Shown here one piece after another: positions 10,686-48,588 of a stretch of 64,000 nt of DNA; position 1 is the stretch's first letter, and the number at the start of each line of letters is the position of its first letter. Both the position numbers and the translations under genes were made by a program. The stretch comes from Schmidtea polychroa (lineage: Eukaryota). The stretch lies in assembly GCA_044892525.1 (NCBI GenBank), contig CM097885.1, forward strand, positions 238,516,001-238,580,000, in the 5' to 3' direction. The notes beneath the pieces are model-generated. The model saw nothing but the letters and a program-made list of their open reading frames with translations, had not been told where the DNA came from and did not search any database.

Positions 10686-13600
10686 TAGGGTGGGTCGAAA
10701 AATTTTTTTTTCTCCAAACATGCCTAAAAAGTTGTGCTTATGCTAGAAAATGAAATATCCCTGCAAAAGACTGCTGTTTAAAAGGGTTTACAGGTCCCAA
10801 CTTTTGTTTGTATGTATTAGTACTATCCCAGTAAAAATGCTCGCACACGTGCCATTGTAAATTCATCCTGCAAGCAGTCACACGCTTGCAGAAAGACCAT
10901 TTTTGACATGCTCTATTCACAAGTCCAAGCTAACGCGTGCATGTATAGAGAGGTTAATTCACGGAAGCACCTTCACACAAGCACTCACAAAGACAATTTC
11001 TTCTGAACAATACTAACACACACACTACAGTCAACACATAATCCACATGGATACTACTAGTCAGTCTAAACTCAGATAATTTAATTTGTTTCGATTGGAT
11101 GTCAAGTGTTTGCTGGACCTAATTAAAAAAGTTAACTTGATGATTCACTTTTATTTTGCCAGAGCTGAGTACAGAAGAGCAGTTATGAAGGGACAGAGAA
11201 ATAAGCAATTTCGCAAAACAAGAAGTAAATCACGTCATTGTCTGTTTGGTCAAACTTGTGAACTACCCAGAAACCAATTACCTACTTGTGAAGATGTGTT
11301 TCGTGATTACTGTTACAATGAGAAATGTACGCAATTTCATTCTGGCTTTAACGAACAAGCAACTCTTCTCGCAAATAAGGTGAAGGAAATTTATATGAAG
11401 GCAAGTATCCCAACTGTTGAGTTCAGTAGTATTGTGGTTCGTGTCAAGCGACTAATATCAAAAGTGCGTGAATTAGAGAAGTATCCAGAATGCAAGAGGT
11501 CATCTGCCAAATTTCAAGATAAGTTAAGCTCGTTTTCCAAAATGTTTGACATATGTTGCTGCAAATGTTTTAATGATGGTGCTCGTGGAAGAAGTCAGTG
11601 TACATGCCGATTGGCCTTGAAAATTCCTACCTTAGAGTGGGAGTTCTGGATTGACCAACAAACTACCAGAAACATGAAAATCGGAAATACGGACAGACAG
11701 GAAACCTCAAAATTGAAGAGAAAACAAACGAAAAGCAGCCCTACAGGAAAAGGAAAACAAATGAAAAATGAAATAATGGACACTGAAGTTAACGATCGAC
11801 ATCCGACCTCAAGAAGTGACACGGAGAGTGAAGCCGCTAGTGATGAAAGTAAAGATAAGTTAGACAATTCAACAGAAAGCTCAGAGTCAAGCGTAGAAGA
11901 ATGTGATGAATTTCAAAATAGAAGACATTATCCTGAATTAAGTAAAGCTGTTGACAGATGTGGTGTGAGCAACAGAGACACGTGTTTGCTAGTAAACGCT
12001 TTTCTGAAAGATATGGAACTGTTATCCTCTCAAACAATCATCGATCCCGCAAAATTACGGCGTCAGAGAAAGTACTGGAGGGAGAGAGAAATTGAACAGC
12101 ATTCAGCAGAAGCGAAAAACTTGATTTGCCTCGGTTTCGACGGGAAACAAGATTCCACCTTACTTCATAGAAGGATCCTAAAAGAGGAGCATTATGTGAT
12201 TGTCGCCTTTCCAGGGGATACATATATCGATCATGTTGTACCTCAAAGTAGTAAAGCTGTGGATATTGGCAAAGAAATCATGTCAATCATCGTTAGCACG
12301 CAGTCCTCACTGACCCTTCAAGCAATTGTGTGCGATGGAACCAATACAAACACCGGAAAAAATAATGGAATAATCAGAAGACTCTAAAAAAGCCTAGGGC
12401 GACCTCTACAATGGCTGATATGCTTGTTGCATGCAAATGAATTGCTATTCAGGAAGTATTTTTCAGTCGTCGATGGTGGAGAAACAAAAGGTCCAAAAAC
12501 GTCATGTGGTGAAATAGGAAGCGTTCTTGATTTTGATCCAAAAGACAAGCCCGTAGTAGCCTTTATGTCCCTTCCTGGAAAGGTCGTAGATATTAGTGAA
12601 AATGTCAAGAAAGAATTGAACACTGATCAATTGTATTTCCTCAGAGTATGCTTGGCAGTCCAGAAAGGGTACCACAACAACAAGGATGTCCCTTTTCTAC
12701 AAATGGCACAACCAGGAAATTTGAATCACAGTCGCTGGCTAACGAAAGCTAATAGAATTCTGCGACTATATATGTCCGAAACTGCTCCATCTGAACCTCT
12801 CATGCGAATAGTGAAATTTATTGTCAATTTCTATGGACCGTCATGGTTTTATATAAAGACTCACTCGTCATGCCAAGATGGTGCAAGAAATATTTTTTAT
12901 ATGCTCCAACTTCTGCAGGATTTGGATCCATCAGACCAAGAAATCATCTTTCCTGTCATTCAGAACAACAATTACTTCTCACATCCAGAAAATATACTCC
13001 TAGCTGCTGTTGGTGATGATGATGAAGAAATCAGAAAGTTTGCAACAGAAAAAATCATAACTGCAAGACAAAATTTTCTCCCTTCCGAAGTGATTCGCAC
13101 TATGGACAAGAATACTGTCTTTCTTCAGTCGTCTGCTACATCATATGTTGACATGATTGACTGGACAAAATGTAATTTGACGCCTCCCCCTCTTTTATCT
13201 CATATATTGGATCATGAATTGAAGATGAATAAGAAAATTAAATTAGAACAATTTCCCTGTCATTCTCAAGCCGTTGAAAGAGCCATCAAAGATGTTTCTT
13301 CTGCCAGTTGCAAAGTGTTTGGTCACAAGTCCAGACATGGTATGGTACTACTGTGTAAAAAATCAAGGAAGGAATTGCCCAAGGTGCAAAGCAAAGCTGA
13401 TTTCATGTGACTTCTTTTTATGCCCTAGCTAATACATTTCTAAACTTTTGACTGGATGTTTTTAATAAAAAATAATTTCGAAAGTTGATTTTTGTCTTTG
13501 AAAAGGATAATTCAAATTTGGCCCTTCCTAATCACTGACGTTGTCAGGATATATTTCAATGCGGGATGAGGACACAGAATATACTTTCTCAGCACAAGAG

Positions 13601-13857
13601 AGTAAATAATATACTTATAAGCTCTTAAGAAAGCTACATCTAAATATGGACAAAGGCGCAAAACACATTCCGACACTAGCCAAATTACATTGTTTTCACA
13701 CTTATGTTGAACTGCATTTTCGGAGAAAAGTTGGGAGCAGTAAATGTCCATAAATCTAAGTAAAATGGTTTGATTCGATTTTTCTATACCAAAATACAAC
13801 TTTTTAACCATGTTTCCTTTCTTGAACTCAAAATTTATTAACATTCGACCCACCCTA
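10686..13857 (+). mobile_element. hATm-type DNA transposon inserted just downstream of polB
   Basis: TIR TAGGGTGGGTCGAA / TTCGACCCACCCTA; 8-bp TSD ATATATAT. Confidence 0.85.
11185..13410 (+). pseudogene. hATm-like transposase with one in-frame stop (12385-12387)
   Basis: GFDGKQD, VCDGTNTNTG, WLICLLHANEL, HSRWLTKANRILRLY, FPCHSQAVER motifs. ORFs 11086-12387 and 12424-13410 are in the same frame. Confidence 0.85.
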
Positions 13858-14150
13858 ATATATATTGTGAATTATTTGATTTCGTTAATTAAAATATGTT
13901 TTATCATTTAATAATTCATTTGTCCAATTAATTTAGATAATTAGTTTTAAGTAAGAATTATTATTTATCATGAAAAACTTTGCTTTGGTTTGAAAAATTA
14001 ATGCCATTTTATTTTAAATTAACACAGCTTTATTTTATGATTATTACTAATTAAAATTTTATTCAAATTGAAATATTATTGTTACAATTTACACTCTTGT
14101 TAGAATATATTAAATGTAAATGTAAAATAATAACAATAAAAAAAAAAAAA

Positions 14151-14208
<58 letters not shown>

Positions 14209-14847
14209 AAACAATTAAATTAAAAAAAAAATCAATTAAATAACGTAAGTAATTAAAATAAAATATTAATAAATAATTAATTAATTAAATGTAATAAATT
14301 GAAAATTAACTAAAGTAATTAATTAAAACAAAAAACATAATAAAATAATTAATTAATAGATTAAAAAAAAAATTAAATAGAAGTAATTATATAAATTTGA
14401 AAAAAAATAAATAAAAATGATTCTATTGACCTATATTTGATCTGGACATTGGGATGACCTTGAAAGTGTCCTGGAGTCCTCACTATATACTACTCACAAC
14501 CATTGGGCATTAATCCTCATCGGACGATTTGGGTCGCGTGTATCCCCCGGTGGATCTACTTGGCTCGATACTGATGCCACTGTTCCAGGCTCGAATCTTG
14601 GTCCATAGGCACTCTCTTTGCGAGATTGTGGTCCTTTGCCGATTGCTGGTTCCGAATGTTGTTGATTCTCTCTTCGCTCGAGCTGGCTATTGACATTTCC
14701 TAATATTTAAATCGTTCCATAATTTATTAACCCCACTATGTCACAACAAGTATAGTCCTTAATGACAGTAACTAAGAGCCTTAATAATATTTAAAGTTGT
14801 CAGATACATATATCTATTTATACACATTACCCAAGTAAATATTATAT

Positions 14848-16538
14848 ATGAATGAATATTATAGTTTCTATATTTTCTCTGCAAAAAATGCAATTAAAGA
14901 AGAGAAGATATGTAGTTACTCTTATTCCAACAAAACTGAAGATGGTAAAAAAGTTTACTATCGATGCAATCAAGTTAAATTTAAAGGCAAGCAATGTGAT
15001 TCTGCATTACATTTACTTTACGACTCAAGATCAGACGAAGTAATTCTTTTTAGGGCAGAAGCTGAGCATAAGCATGAAGAAAACATGTCTAAATCTGCAA
15101 TATCTAACGAAGCTAAAGAACTAATTAAAGAGTTGTTTAAGCTTAAAATAAAAACTAAGAGAATGTTAGAAATCTTTCATGAACGAGGTATACTACTATA
15201 CAATTAAGAAATCAATTAAACAAGATTAGAAATGAAGTTTACGGCTTCAATCATCATCTTCTATACCAGAGTTAGAAGATGAAGCCTTTGTAGTCAATTA
15301 TAAAATAACTTATGTCGATGAATATGAGTGTGAAGAGAGTAATGAAGAAAGTGATGAAGATGAAGAAAACCACGGCTCTAAATTTAGATTTTTTATAAGT
15401 ACAATAAGATTACTTAAGCTAGCCTCAGCATCAACAATTTTAAATGCTGATGCAACTTATAAACTGGTTTGGCAAGGCTGTCCAATTTTAATCATTGGTA
15501 CAACCGATTTAGACAGGCATTTTCATTCGTTTGGCCTAGGTATATGTACCAATGAAAAAACTGCTGATTTTAATTTTATTTTTTCAAGTATCAATATTGG
15601 CTTGAAAAAAATAAATGCATCATTATTCAATCCTCGTGTATTGATTTCTGATGCTTCTAACGCTATACGTAAAGCTTATTCACAAGTTTTTAATAAAAAT
15701 GAAATTGTGATGTGTTGGGTACATATGCGTAGAAATTGTGTCAAAAAAATCGAGTCTTTAGTAGCTAAAGAAGATCAAAACGAATAATTGAAGATGTAGA
15801 TAAACTTCAATTGTCACAAAGCCAAGTCATTTTTGAAAAAGCAAGTTCTCTATTTGTTAAAAAATGGAGACAAAAAAAAGCGACTGAGTTTTTAGACTAT
15901 ATGAATATGATGTGGCTTACGACACACAATACTTGGTATTAAGGATACATGCCCTTCACGCCAAGTACTAACAATAATCTAGAGTCAAATAATCGAGTTC
16001 TTAAAGACGAAGAAGCTATTAGAGAGCGCACGCCATTATCTAGATTTAGCAAACAAGCTTTAGACATTGTTAACAAATGGTCACTAGCATATCCTCGAAG
16101 TCTGAAGGAGTTTATTACAAAACAATCAATCGACACAGCATTATTGACACAGTCTTATCAATGGGCTAAAGAAAGCAAAGCAATTCTTTAGGTGCCCCAA
16201 GAACAGTCGACAAACTACTATGTTTCAGCTAGTGACGCAACTATAACTCAAGAAGACATTGGCAAAGTTGAAAAAATGCGCTGGACAACATTCGATCAAT
16301 TTACGAAGCGAGCTTTTACTGTCTGGCGCATTAATTTACCAAACTATAAAGCCAAATTGGCCGACGGTCAGTGCAATTGTCCAGCATTTAAAAAAAATTT
16401 ATTTGCAAGCATGTTGTCGGCATTTCAATCAGACTTAAATATTGCAAAGTACCGGCAGTAGCTAAGAATACTTCTATTGGAAGTAAACTACCAAGAGGAA
16501 GACCAATTAAAGCTAAAAAAGCCTTATTAAAACAATAA
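14848..16538 (+). pseudogene. MULE (Mutator) transposase with SWIM finger, degraded
   Basis: YYRCN..C..H Zn-ribbon, NADATYKL, LISDASNAI, MCWVHM, TNNNLES, CNCPAF..CKH; several frameshifts and stops. Confidence 0.85.
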
Positions 16539-17183
16539 TTTCAAATATTTTTATAATAGTCTTTGTGAAATAGTCTTTGTATTTATATGGATTTTTTTAT
16601 TGTGTCACGTTTTGTTTATTCTTATGAATTTTTCATTGTTTTACTTAGTTTTTGTATTTTTTTACTTATAAAAATTAAAAATATTACCTATAATAAAATA
16701 ATTAAATACCTAATGAATTCTATTTTTTTACTTATATAATTAATATAATACTTAGCATTTTATAAATTTAAAATAAAAATCTGCTCCGAAAAGACAGATT
16801 GGTCCTTTTATAGGGACTAGCTTCGGCGAGATGCCAGAAACTTCTCCATCATTATTCTTTTATTGAACTTGCTCTAGTCCTGTATGCTCTGGGCTGGTCT
16901 GCTGATTTAGCGTTCAACCATAGCCATTTCAATTTTTATAAATTTTTAATTGAATTTTGCACTTTTATAATTTTTGGTGTTTTTATTGTGCATCTTTATT
17001 TATTTTGTACCTTTATATATTGCCCCAACAATTGTAAAATAAGGAGCCTCAACAGGACTTTCTTTTGGAACGTCAACGCACAACTATGGAACTCACGCTA
17101 CGCCACAGCTATTTGACAGAATGAAAGTGAAAGGTTGACGAAGACAAATATGACCAAAGAGAAATATTATAAACTACATTTAA

Positions 17184-17397
17184 CCACTTGCCGGGCGATT
17201 TTTTTTCATGTTTTCGGTCAAAAAAAACTATTTTTTTTTAAATCATTAATTAATAGTATATGATCAAAATATAACGTAAATATATTTTTTTTAATTTTCC
17301 GAGTTTGTATTCACTAATTTTTTCTATATGAGTTTTCGCTCGTCCAAAATGGTACACATTTTTTGCACTCATATTTGAGCGCACGCCCGGCAAGTGG
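17184..17397. mobile_element. piggyBac-like MITE (214 bp)
   Basis: TIR CCACTTGCCGGGCG / CGCCCGGCAAGTGG, with TTAA on both sides. Confidence 0.8.
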
Positions 17398-18621
17398 TTA
17401 ATATTGCTATCAGAAAAAAATGTGTTATTAAATTCGAATTGTTTACCAAGCAGTTAGATTTGAAAATATTCTTCATTTTTGGATAATTATCTTTTTGTAT
17501 CTTATTGCCCTTGAAAATTATTGTATCTCAGTGTGAAATAAATATGTTCATAGTGTTTGAAATAATTAAAATAACAAGGGAAACGAACATAAAATAAGGG
17601 GAATGTTATTACCAATCATAGGCAAAAGGGTTTGAAGAAGTTTCGGAAACGGGTATGAAATAAAATAAAATTAATGAAACGAAACAATAAAGTAAAAATT
17701 GAAAACTAGGTCATCATTAATTAAGAAAACGAAAACAGAAAGTTATCTTGATAGGTCATTTAAAAGGTAATTTGAAAATAAGCTGTACTTTTTGCAAATC
17801 AGTTGAAGTGGAATCTTAAGGAGCCCAAGTTCTATTCTAAAGAGTAAAAACTAATTGAAATGCAAAATACGAAAGGATGATAGAATTATCAGTAATATGT
17901 GCCCAAATGGAGTTGATAATCTATAAAACGGAAAGCGAAAAGTAAGGAAGGACAAACTTCATTGAACAAAATCTTGGAAGGATAAAATAGAGTTGCAATC
18001 AGTACTGATCAATTTTCGTGGTTATATTTTTAAAGATAGAATCATTTGTAATTTCATATTGTTAGGATTTCCTTACTTTTGTTAAAAGACAACACAAGGA
18101 GTCAGACCAATAATTGTTGAAATCCTAAATCACCAAAAAAACTACAGAAAATATATAAAAGCCCTAGTTATATTTTTGGGCACAATTTCTCCATAATAAA
18201 TAACACAAAGAGCCAAAAATGAACCTAATTCCTATAGTTATCTTAAGAAAATCCAATAATTTTTAAAAATTTATATTAAATTAAAATTAAATTAATTAAA
18301 TTAATGCTTTCTAAAATCATTTATTTATTTAAATTGTCACCAAAATTTATTAGTAATTATTTTTATGTGTATTAAATAACCATAGGGAAAATTGTGCACA
18401 AAATTAGAAATGAAATCTGTGCTAATTCATCGATTTTAGTGAAATGTTTTTTTTACCTAATCGGTGATTTCAACCAATCAAAATTCGACTTTGTATGTGT
18501 CATTTTGAACCTCGGTAAATATTTATTATTTTATTAAGAAATTCAGTTGCACAGAAATTTTTCGTTATTAATTTTCCATTGCTTTTTATTTATCTACATT
18601 CTAGAAATTGGAAATGAAAAT

Positions 18622-43429
<24,808 letters not shown>

Positions 43430-44005
43430 ATATATTTTTCGTTTCGTCAAATTTCTCGAATTGTTTGAGTAGCATGAATTTTCAGAACTTCTTGTAATCT
43501 GTACTTTCTCATGACACTTGATGCTCTCCACTTTATCTCTTCTAATTTAGGAGTTACTATATGAGGTTTATATTCGGAATTCGCGCTAAAATAAACCCCC
43601 AATAATATAATAAGTGCAGTGGCGTAGATAAATAATTACTTCGTTGTGATTTTTACCTTTATATTATATTTGCTGTTGTTGAATAAATGTGGCATACAAA
43701 TTTTGAAAGGGTTAATTAACCTACTTCCACTCATCCAATCGACCCGAACTTGGCGAATAGATTCATTGTCGACGACAATGCGTTTTATTTAGTTTTAATG
43801 ACAGACAAATAGACTGGTGGGTTATAGGCAGGCCTGGCGCTAGAGTTTCAGATTATGTGTGAAAATTGCATATTACCGCCTTCGCATTCCATAATAAGAG
43901 TAAAAAAAACGATAAATGCATACATAACAAAACAATATAACTTTATTACTTTTAATTTAATTCATATTTATTATAAAAACATAAAAATCTTAATATATAA
44001 GCAAA

Positions 44006-46767
44006 CTATTTTGAAAAAAAAGCTTTTCTGGCTTTCATTCGAGAAAGTTTTAATCGCAAATCTTCAATATTCAAGTCATTCACAATGTCGCTTTCAATCG
44101 AAATCGTAGCCAAATTGTTCAGTCTATCTTGACTCATGCTCGATCGTAAATAGTTTTTTATAATTTTAAGCTTTGAAAAGCTTCTCTCAGCACATGCTAC
44201 AGTAATTGGCAATGTAAGAAGAATTCTTAATGCAACAGATACATTTGCATAGATTTCGTTTAAATTATTTTCATACAAAAATTTTAAAGATTTTTCTGGT
44301 CCCAAATTTTCGCAAAATTGAGAGGAAAGGGATTTAAGTTCAAAATGTAAATCTGCTCATGAAATATCCTTTTTAGTTCCTTCAGTCAGTTTAGTTTCCA
44401 ATCTGTTGCAACAAATTTTTATATCTTCATCCGGCATCAAAGCGAGACTTTTGATGTCGAATAAAAATTTAAATGGTTCAATTCCAGCTTGAAAGGCTTC
44501 AAATCTATCTTTTATCACCTTTGTAGCACATTCAAACATCTTATCGAAAACATTTTGCTTGTATGTTTTCTTTGGACATGAATTTTCTTCTATAATTTCT
44601 CGCTCGTCAAAAAAATCCTTTTCTTTTTCTTTCCCTTCTAGCGGATTCTATGGGAAAACAATTATCCACTTTCAAAATATAAGCAAGTTCTTGAGCTTGT
44701 AAAATAATGGTATCAAATTTATTTTGGTTATAACTTTTCTTCAAGAAAGTCATTGTTCTTTCCAGTGAAGTTGAAGCCTCCATAATATTCATTTGAATTG
44801 ATTGAAGTTGTTTGCTTGCCAAATTAATTTCAAATAAAAGTTCATACCAAATCCTGATTGAACATAGGAAATCGAAACTTGTGATTCTTGAAGCAATTGA
44901 TTCTGCTGTAATTTTCACAGCCGTTTCGTGTGTTGATTTAGCAACATCTTGAAGTGCTTCATAAATTTTTGGCAGTTCGAAGTGAAGAGTTTTTATAGCA
45001 TTGATGTGACTTTCCCATCTCGTATCGCTTAGTGGTTTAAGAGTTAAAGATGGACATTTTCACTGCAAAATTACACATCTTTTTGTTGACGCAGAAAAGA
45101 ACTTATAAACTTCTTCAATCATGTTGAAGAATATGGCAATCTGGGATGAACACTTTACTGTATCTACCACTACTAAATTTAAAGTGTGACTGCAGCATGG
45201 TATATAAAATGCTCGGGAGTTTTTATTTAGAATTTGAGCTTGAACCCCCTTTCTAACGCCCTTCATATTCGCTCCATTATCATAGCTCTGGCCTCTGATA
45301 TTTTCAATTGATAAGTTATAGTTTTCTAGAGAATAGATTATTGCTTTTGTTAATTCAATTCCGGTTGAACCATTTATCAAGTGGAATCCAAGAAAACTTT
45401 CATTTATATAAATTTCGTTATTAATATCCTCGTCTACATATCGAATCAGCATCGACATTTGTTCCTGGTGGCTGATCTCTGGTGTACAATCAACAATAAT
45501 TGAAAAGTACACGGATTTTTTGACCTTCTCTAAAATTTTGTTTTTTATGCAATTGCCAATCAAGTCCATAATTTCATTCTGGATGCTTTTTCCTAGGTAG
45601 TGCACAGATTTTGGGTTTGCTTTTGCTCTTAACAAATGTTTCTCCATAACCGGGTCGAATTCGGCTAGAAATTCTAAAATTTTTAGAAAGTTTCCGTTAT
45701 TGTCTTCATAAACTTTGTCAGAAGAACCTCTAAATGCCAAGTTTTGTTTTGCCATCATAATTGTTAGAGAAATTAATCTTCTTAGCACGTTGTCCCAATG
45801 TTCCACCTCCTTTTTTAGGCTTTTGTCCATTATGGTATCCACTGATGTTCCCTTCTGTAATCTATTTTTTAGTTCCATCCATTTGCTGAAATAGTCAAAA
45901 TGTTCAACACTTCGATCGTGTCGTTTTAAAAGCTGTGAAATATGTCGCCAATCATTAACACCATTGCGAGCTAACATAACAGCAACAGGATTTAAAACAA
46001 ATAGTTTGCAGCAAAAACAAAAAACTTTGTTAGTTTTTTTGGAATAAACTAACCACGATCTCTGATTTTTTTCACCATCATCCATAATTCTGTAGAAATA
46101 ATGATTAGAAAAACTTAAATTTTCCGAGTTTTTGGGATACTGGCTCAAATTTTCTTTGAAATTGTCGGGTTCTTTAATAACAGTATGTTGAATGAAGTCT
46201 TTGTTAATAGCTTCTGGCCAGTCACTGATATCATCAAAACATAATGCAGTAACAACTGATGCAGTTGCCGGTTCAATTGTTGGCCTTATTTCAATTGTAT
46301 CAGCAGAGTCATTAGAGTTGGCTACACGTACAGTTGCCGGTTCAACAGAGTCACTTGTTTGCATTAATGTTTCTGTTTCAGATCCCACTTCAATATTTTG
46401 AATAATGTCTACCGTATTTTCCCGCATATAACCCGCGGGTTATACCGAATTTTACGTATCCCACAGGGGGGGGTACGGGGTATATATGAGCGCGGGTTAT
46501 ATCAAACATTTTTTACAAGTATTTGTTATTTTACTATATTGCTTAATTTTTACACAAAACTTAAAAACTTGTGGGGTATCTGAGTATGACGGTTATCTGC
46601 GAATGCGGGCTATATGCGGGAAAATACGGTATTTGATTTATATTGGCCAATTCCTGACGACGAGGTTGCAACAAAAAGTTTCCCAACAATGTTTTATTTT
46701 TCTTCATTTGCTCCTCTTTTTTGTCGTTTTTGTTTGTATTCACAACCAGAAAGTTTTCTCTTTTCCA
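44006..46767 (-). pseudogene. hAT transposase with TTF-type zinc finger, disrupted
   Basis: RSWLVYS..VFCFCCKLF, LAFRG, IIVDCTP, GQSYDNGANMKG, PCCSHTLNL, TRWESH, AERSFSKLKIIKNYLRS; stops plus a MITE insertion. Confidence 0.9.
46412..46629. mobile_element. Tc1/mariner/pogo-type MITE inside the hAT ORF
   Basis: TIR CCGTATTTTCCCGCATATA(A/G)CCCGC; TA TSD. Confidence 0.85.
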
Positions 46768-46777
46768 TAGTTTTCTT

Positions 46778-47209
46778 CAGTGCTCGAAGTGAGGCGGGAT
46801 AGCCGGGATATTATCCCGGCATTGATTATGTAGGCGGAATTGCATCCCGGCACTTCATTTCATATAATCTATAGGTTTATCCCGGTACTTATTTCATTTT
46901 ATAGGCACACAAATACTGCAATTAAGGTCACACATAGTACATCCATATATGTATGTATATATATATTCTTTATTCTCTATTCTCTATTCAATTAAGAATT
47001 TCCCAAGCAGCAGTAATGGATAGGTAGGTATATTCTGAAACTTATGATTAAATGGGTGGACACCCCCCCCCCCCCCCCAAAAAAAATTTGTTGGACACCC
47101 CCCAAAGTTTTGCAACACCCCCAACTGAAAATTTCTGCATAAAAGCCTGGAATCCCGGGTGCCACAGCATGCCTATCCCGGCACATATTTTGTTCCACTT
47201 CGAGCACTG
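46778..47209. mobile_element. hAT MITE nested in the hAT element
   Basis: TIR CAGTGCTCGAAGTG / CACTTCGAGCACTG; perfect TSD GTTTTCTT. Confidence 0.9.
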
Positions 47210-47857
47210 GTTTTCTTAGATAATAGTAAAATTACTTATTAAAAATAATAAAATTTTAAGTTTAAATTAATTTGATTTACTTACAAATTTCTATTCTTTA
47301 AATTTACGACAATAAAATCCTTTTTTTTATATTATAGATTAAAGTTAATATCTAAAATTTATAATGTTTGCTAAAAAAATAAAATGAATTATAAAAAATT
47401 TTAAAAAAAATGTATTATGGTAAAATATTTTAATATTTTTTAAGCACTGACTAGTGACTTACCAGTATGTGGAATCAAACTAAACTAGAATGAAAATTGC
47501 GCTGCAAATAAGAAATTTCTTTATAAATTTTCCGCCTACTTAACTATTTTTCAAAAATGATTTATTTATTTTTCAAATTGGACACATTCACACATTATTA
47601 AACTAAAATGGAAATTGCAATGGAAATAAAAAAATTCTTTAAATTTTTTCGCCTACTTAAGTATTTTTCAAAACAAAAATATTTTTCACAGATGGAACAA
47701 TATTGTTCAAATTGGACTAGTTATTAAACAATAGAATGGAAATTGTTATGAAAATAACAAATTTCTGTACAATTTTTCCGCCCTTTGTATTTTTCCGCCG
47801 TGGCGCCTGCGTGAAAATCACGCATCGTACCCGCCTCACGCCGGGCCTGGTTATAGG

Positions 47858-48072
47858 TAATCAGACATTTTATCTCGTCATGCTGTTTCCAGCGTAACCC
47901 AGAATACAATTGAAGTTTGACCACTTGATACCCGTTGAGTGATCAACTTTGGTAATGTATCAAGGGTTGGAGTATTGGCAAGTGAGCATGCTCTGCATAC
48001 TATAATTGTCCGGTACTCACTCGGGTCAACGGACTGCCGATAGAATGCCTGTGTCCTATTTTGCCTGGCCCC
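47858..48072 (+). ncRNA. Conserved structured RNA motif, copy B (its 5' 15 nt at 43814-43828, separated by the hAT insertion)
   Basis: CTGGTGGGTTA..CCAGCGTAACCC; CTTGATAC/GTATCAAG stem; GTTGA-GTGA-TCAAC hairpin; GGACTGCCGATAG..GTCC. Confidence 0.7.
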
Positions 48073-48588
48073 TCTACTTGGATCGTATCCCCGAAACTCA
48101 TATCATCACTATATTTCGGTTTGGGTCTACTCAAAACCACTACACTGTAATTACCCACATCAATAACAGTTATGACATCACAGTAAGTATTTCAATTAAA
48201 ATAGTTCAAGGCATTCATCAGCTGCGCTCATCTGAATTTTTATCCAGCTGACTTGCCTGGTCGGATCTTCTTTTTCGGCTTGGCGAGTGCCTAGAATACG
48301 CAGTTCACTACTATTACTTCCGCCACAGGTCGGATCTGGGCGGCTACATCTTGGTCAATGGCTTTTTAATGAGAAAATGAAAACGAGGTTTAAATAATAA
48401 TAATTTATAATTCCCAATGAAATCGTCCTTACTTACAATCTCAGAAAAATCAAACTCAAAATTTTGGCATAAGAGTAAGCATTGAAAATTGACGAAATGT
48501 GTTAGTTTATATACCCTATTTTTGGTGTGAAAGTATGCATGCGTGCATTGATGCAGTGAAACAAATTAGAATTATTTTAATTCTAGAA

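Larger units (their letters stand above)
3744..14494 (+). mobile_element. Polinton/Maverick-like element (pPolB only; no integrase, ATPase or capsid ORF seen)
   Basis: Starts AGTAG (3744), ends CTACT (14494), flanked by the exact 6-bp direct repeat CACAAC (3738-3743; 14495-14500). Encodes pPolB. TCAAGGTCA subterminal motif at both ends. Confidence 0.8.
43829..47849 (-). mobile_element. hAT element (ZMYM1-like/DUF4371 transposase)
   Basis: TIR CAGGCCTGGCG / CGCCGGGCCTG; perfect TSD GTTATAGG. Confidence 0.9.
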
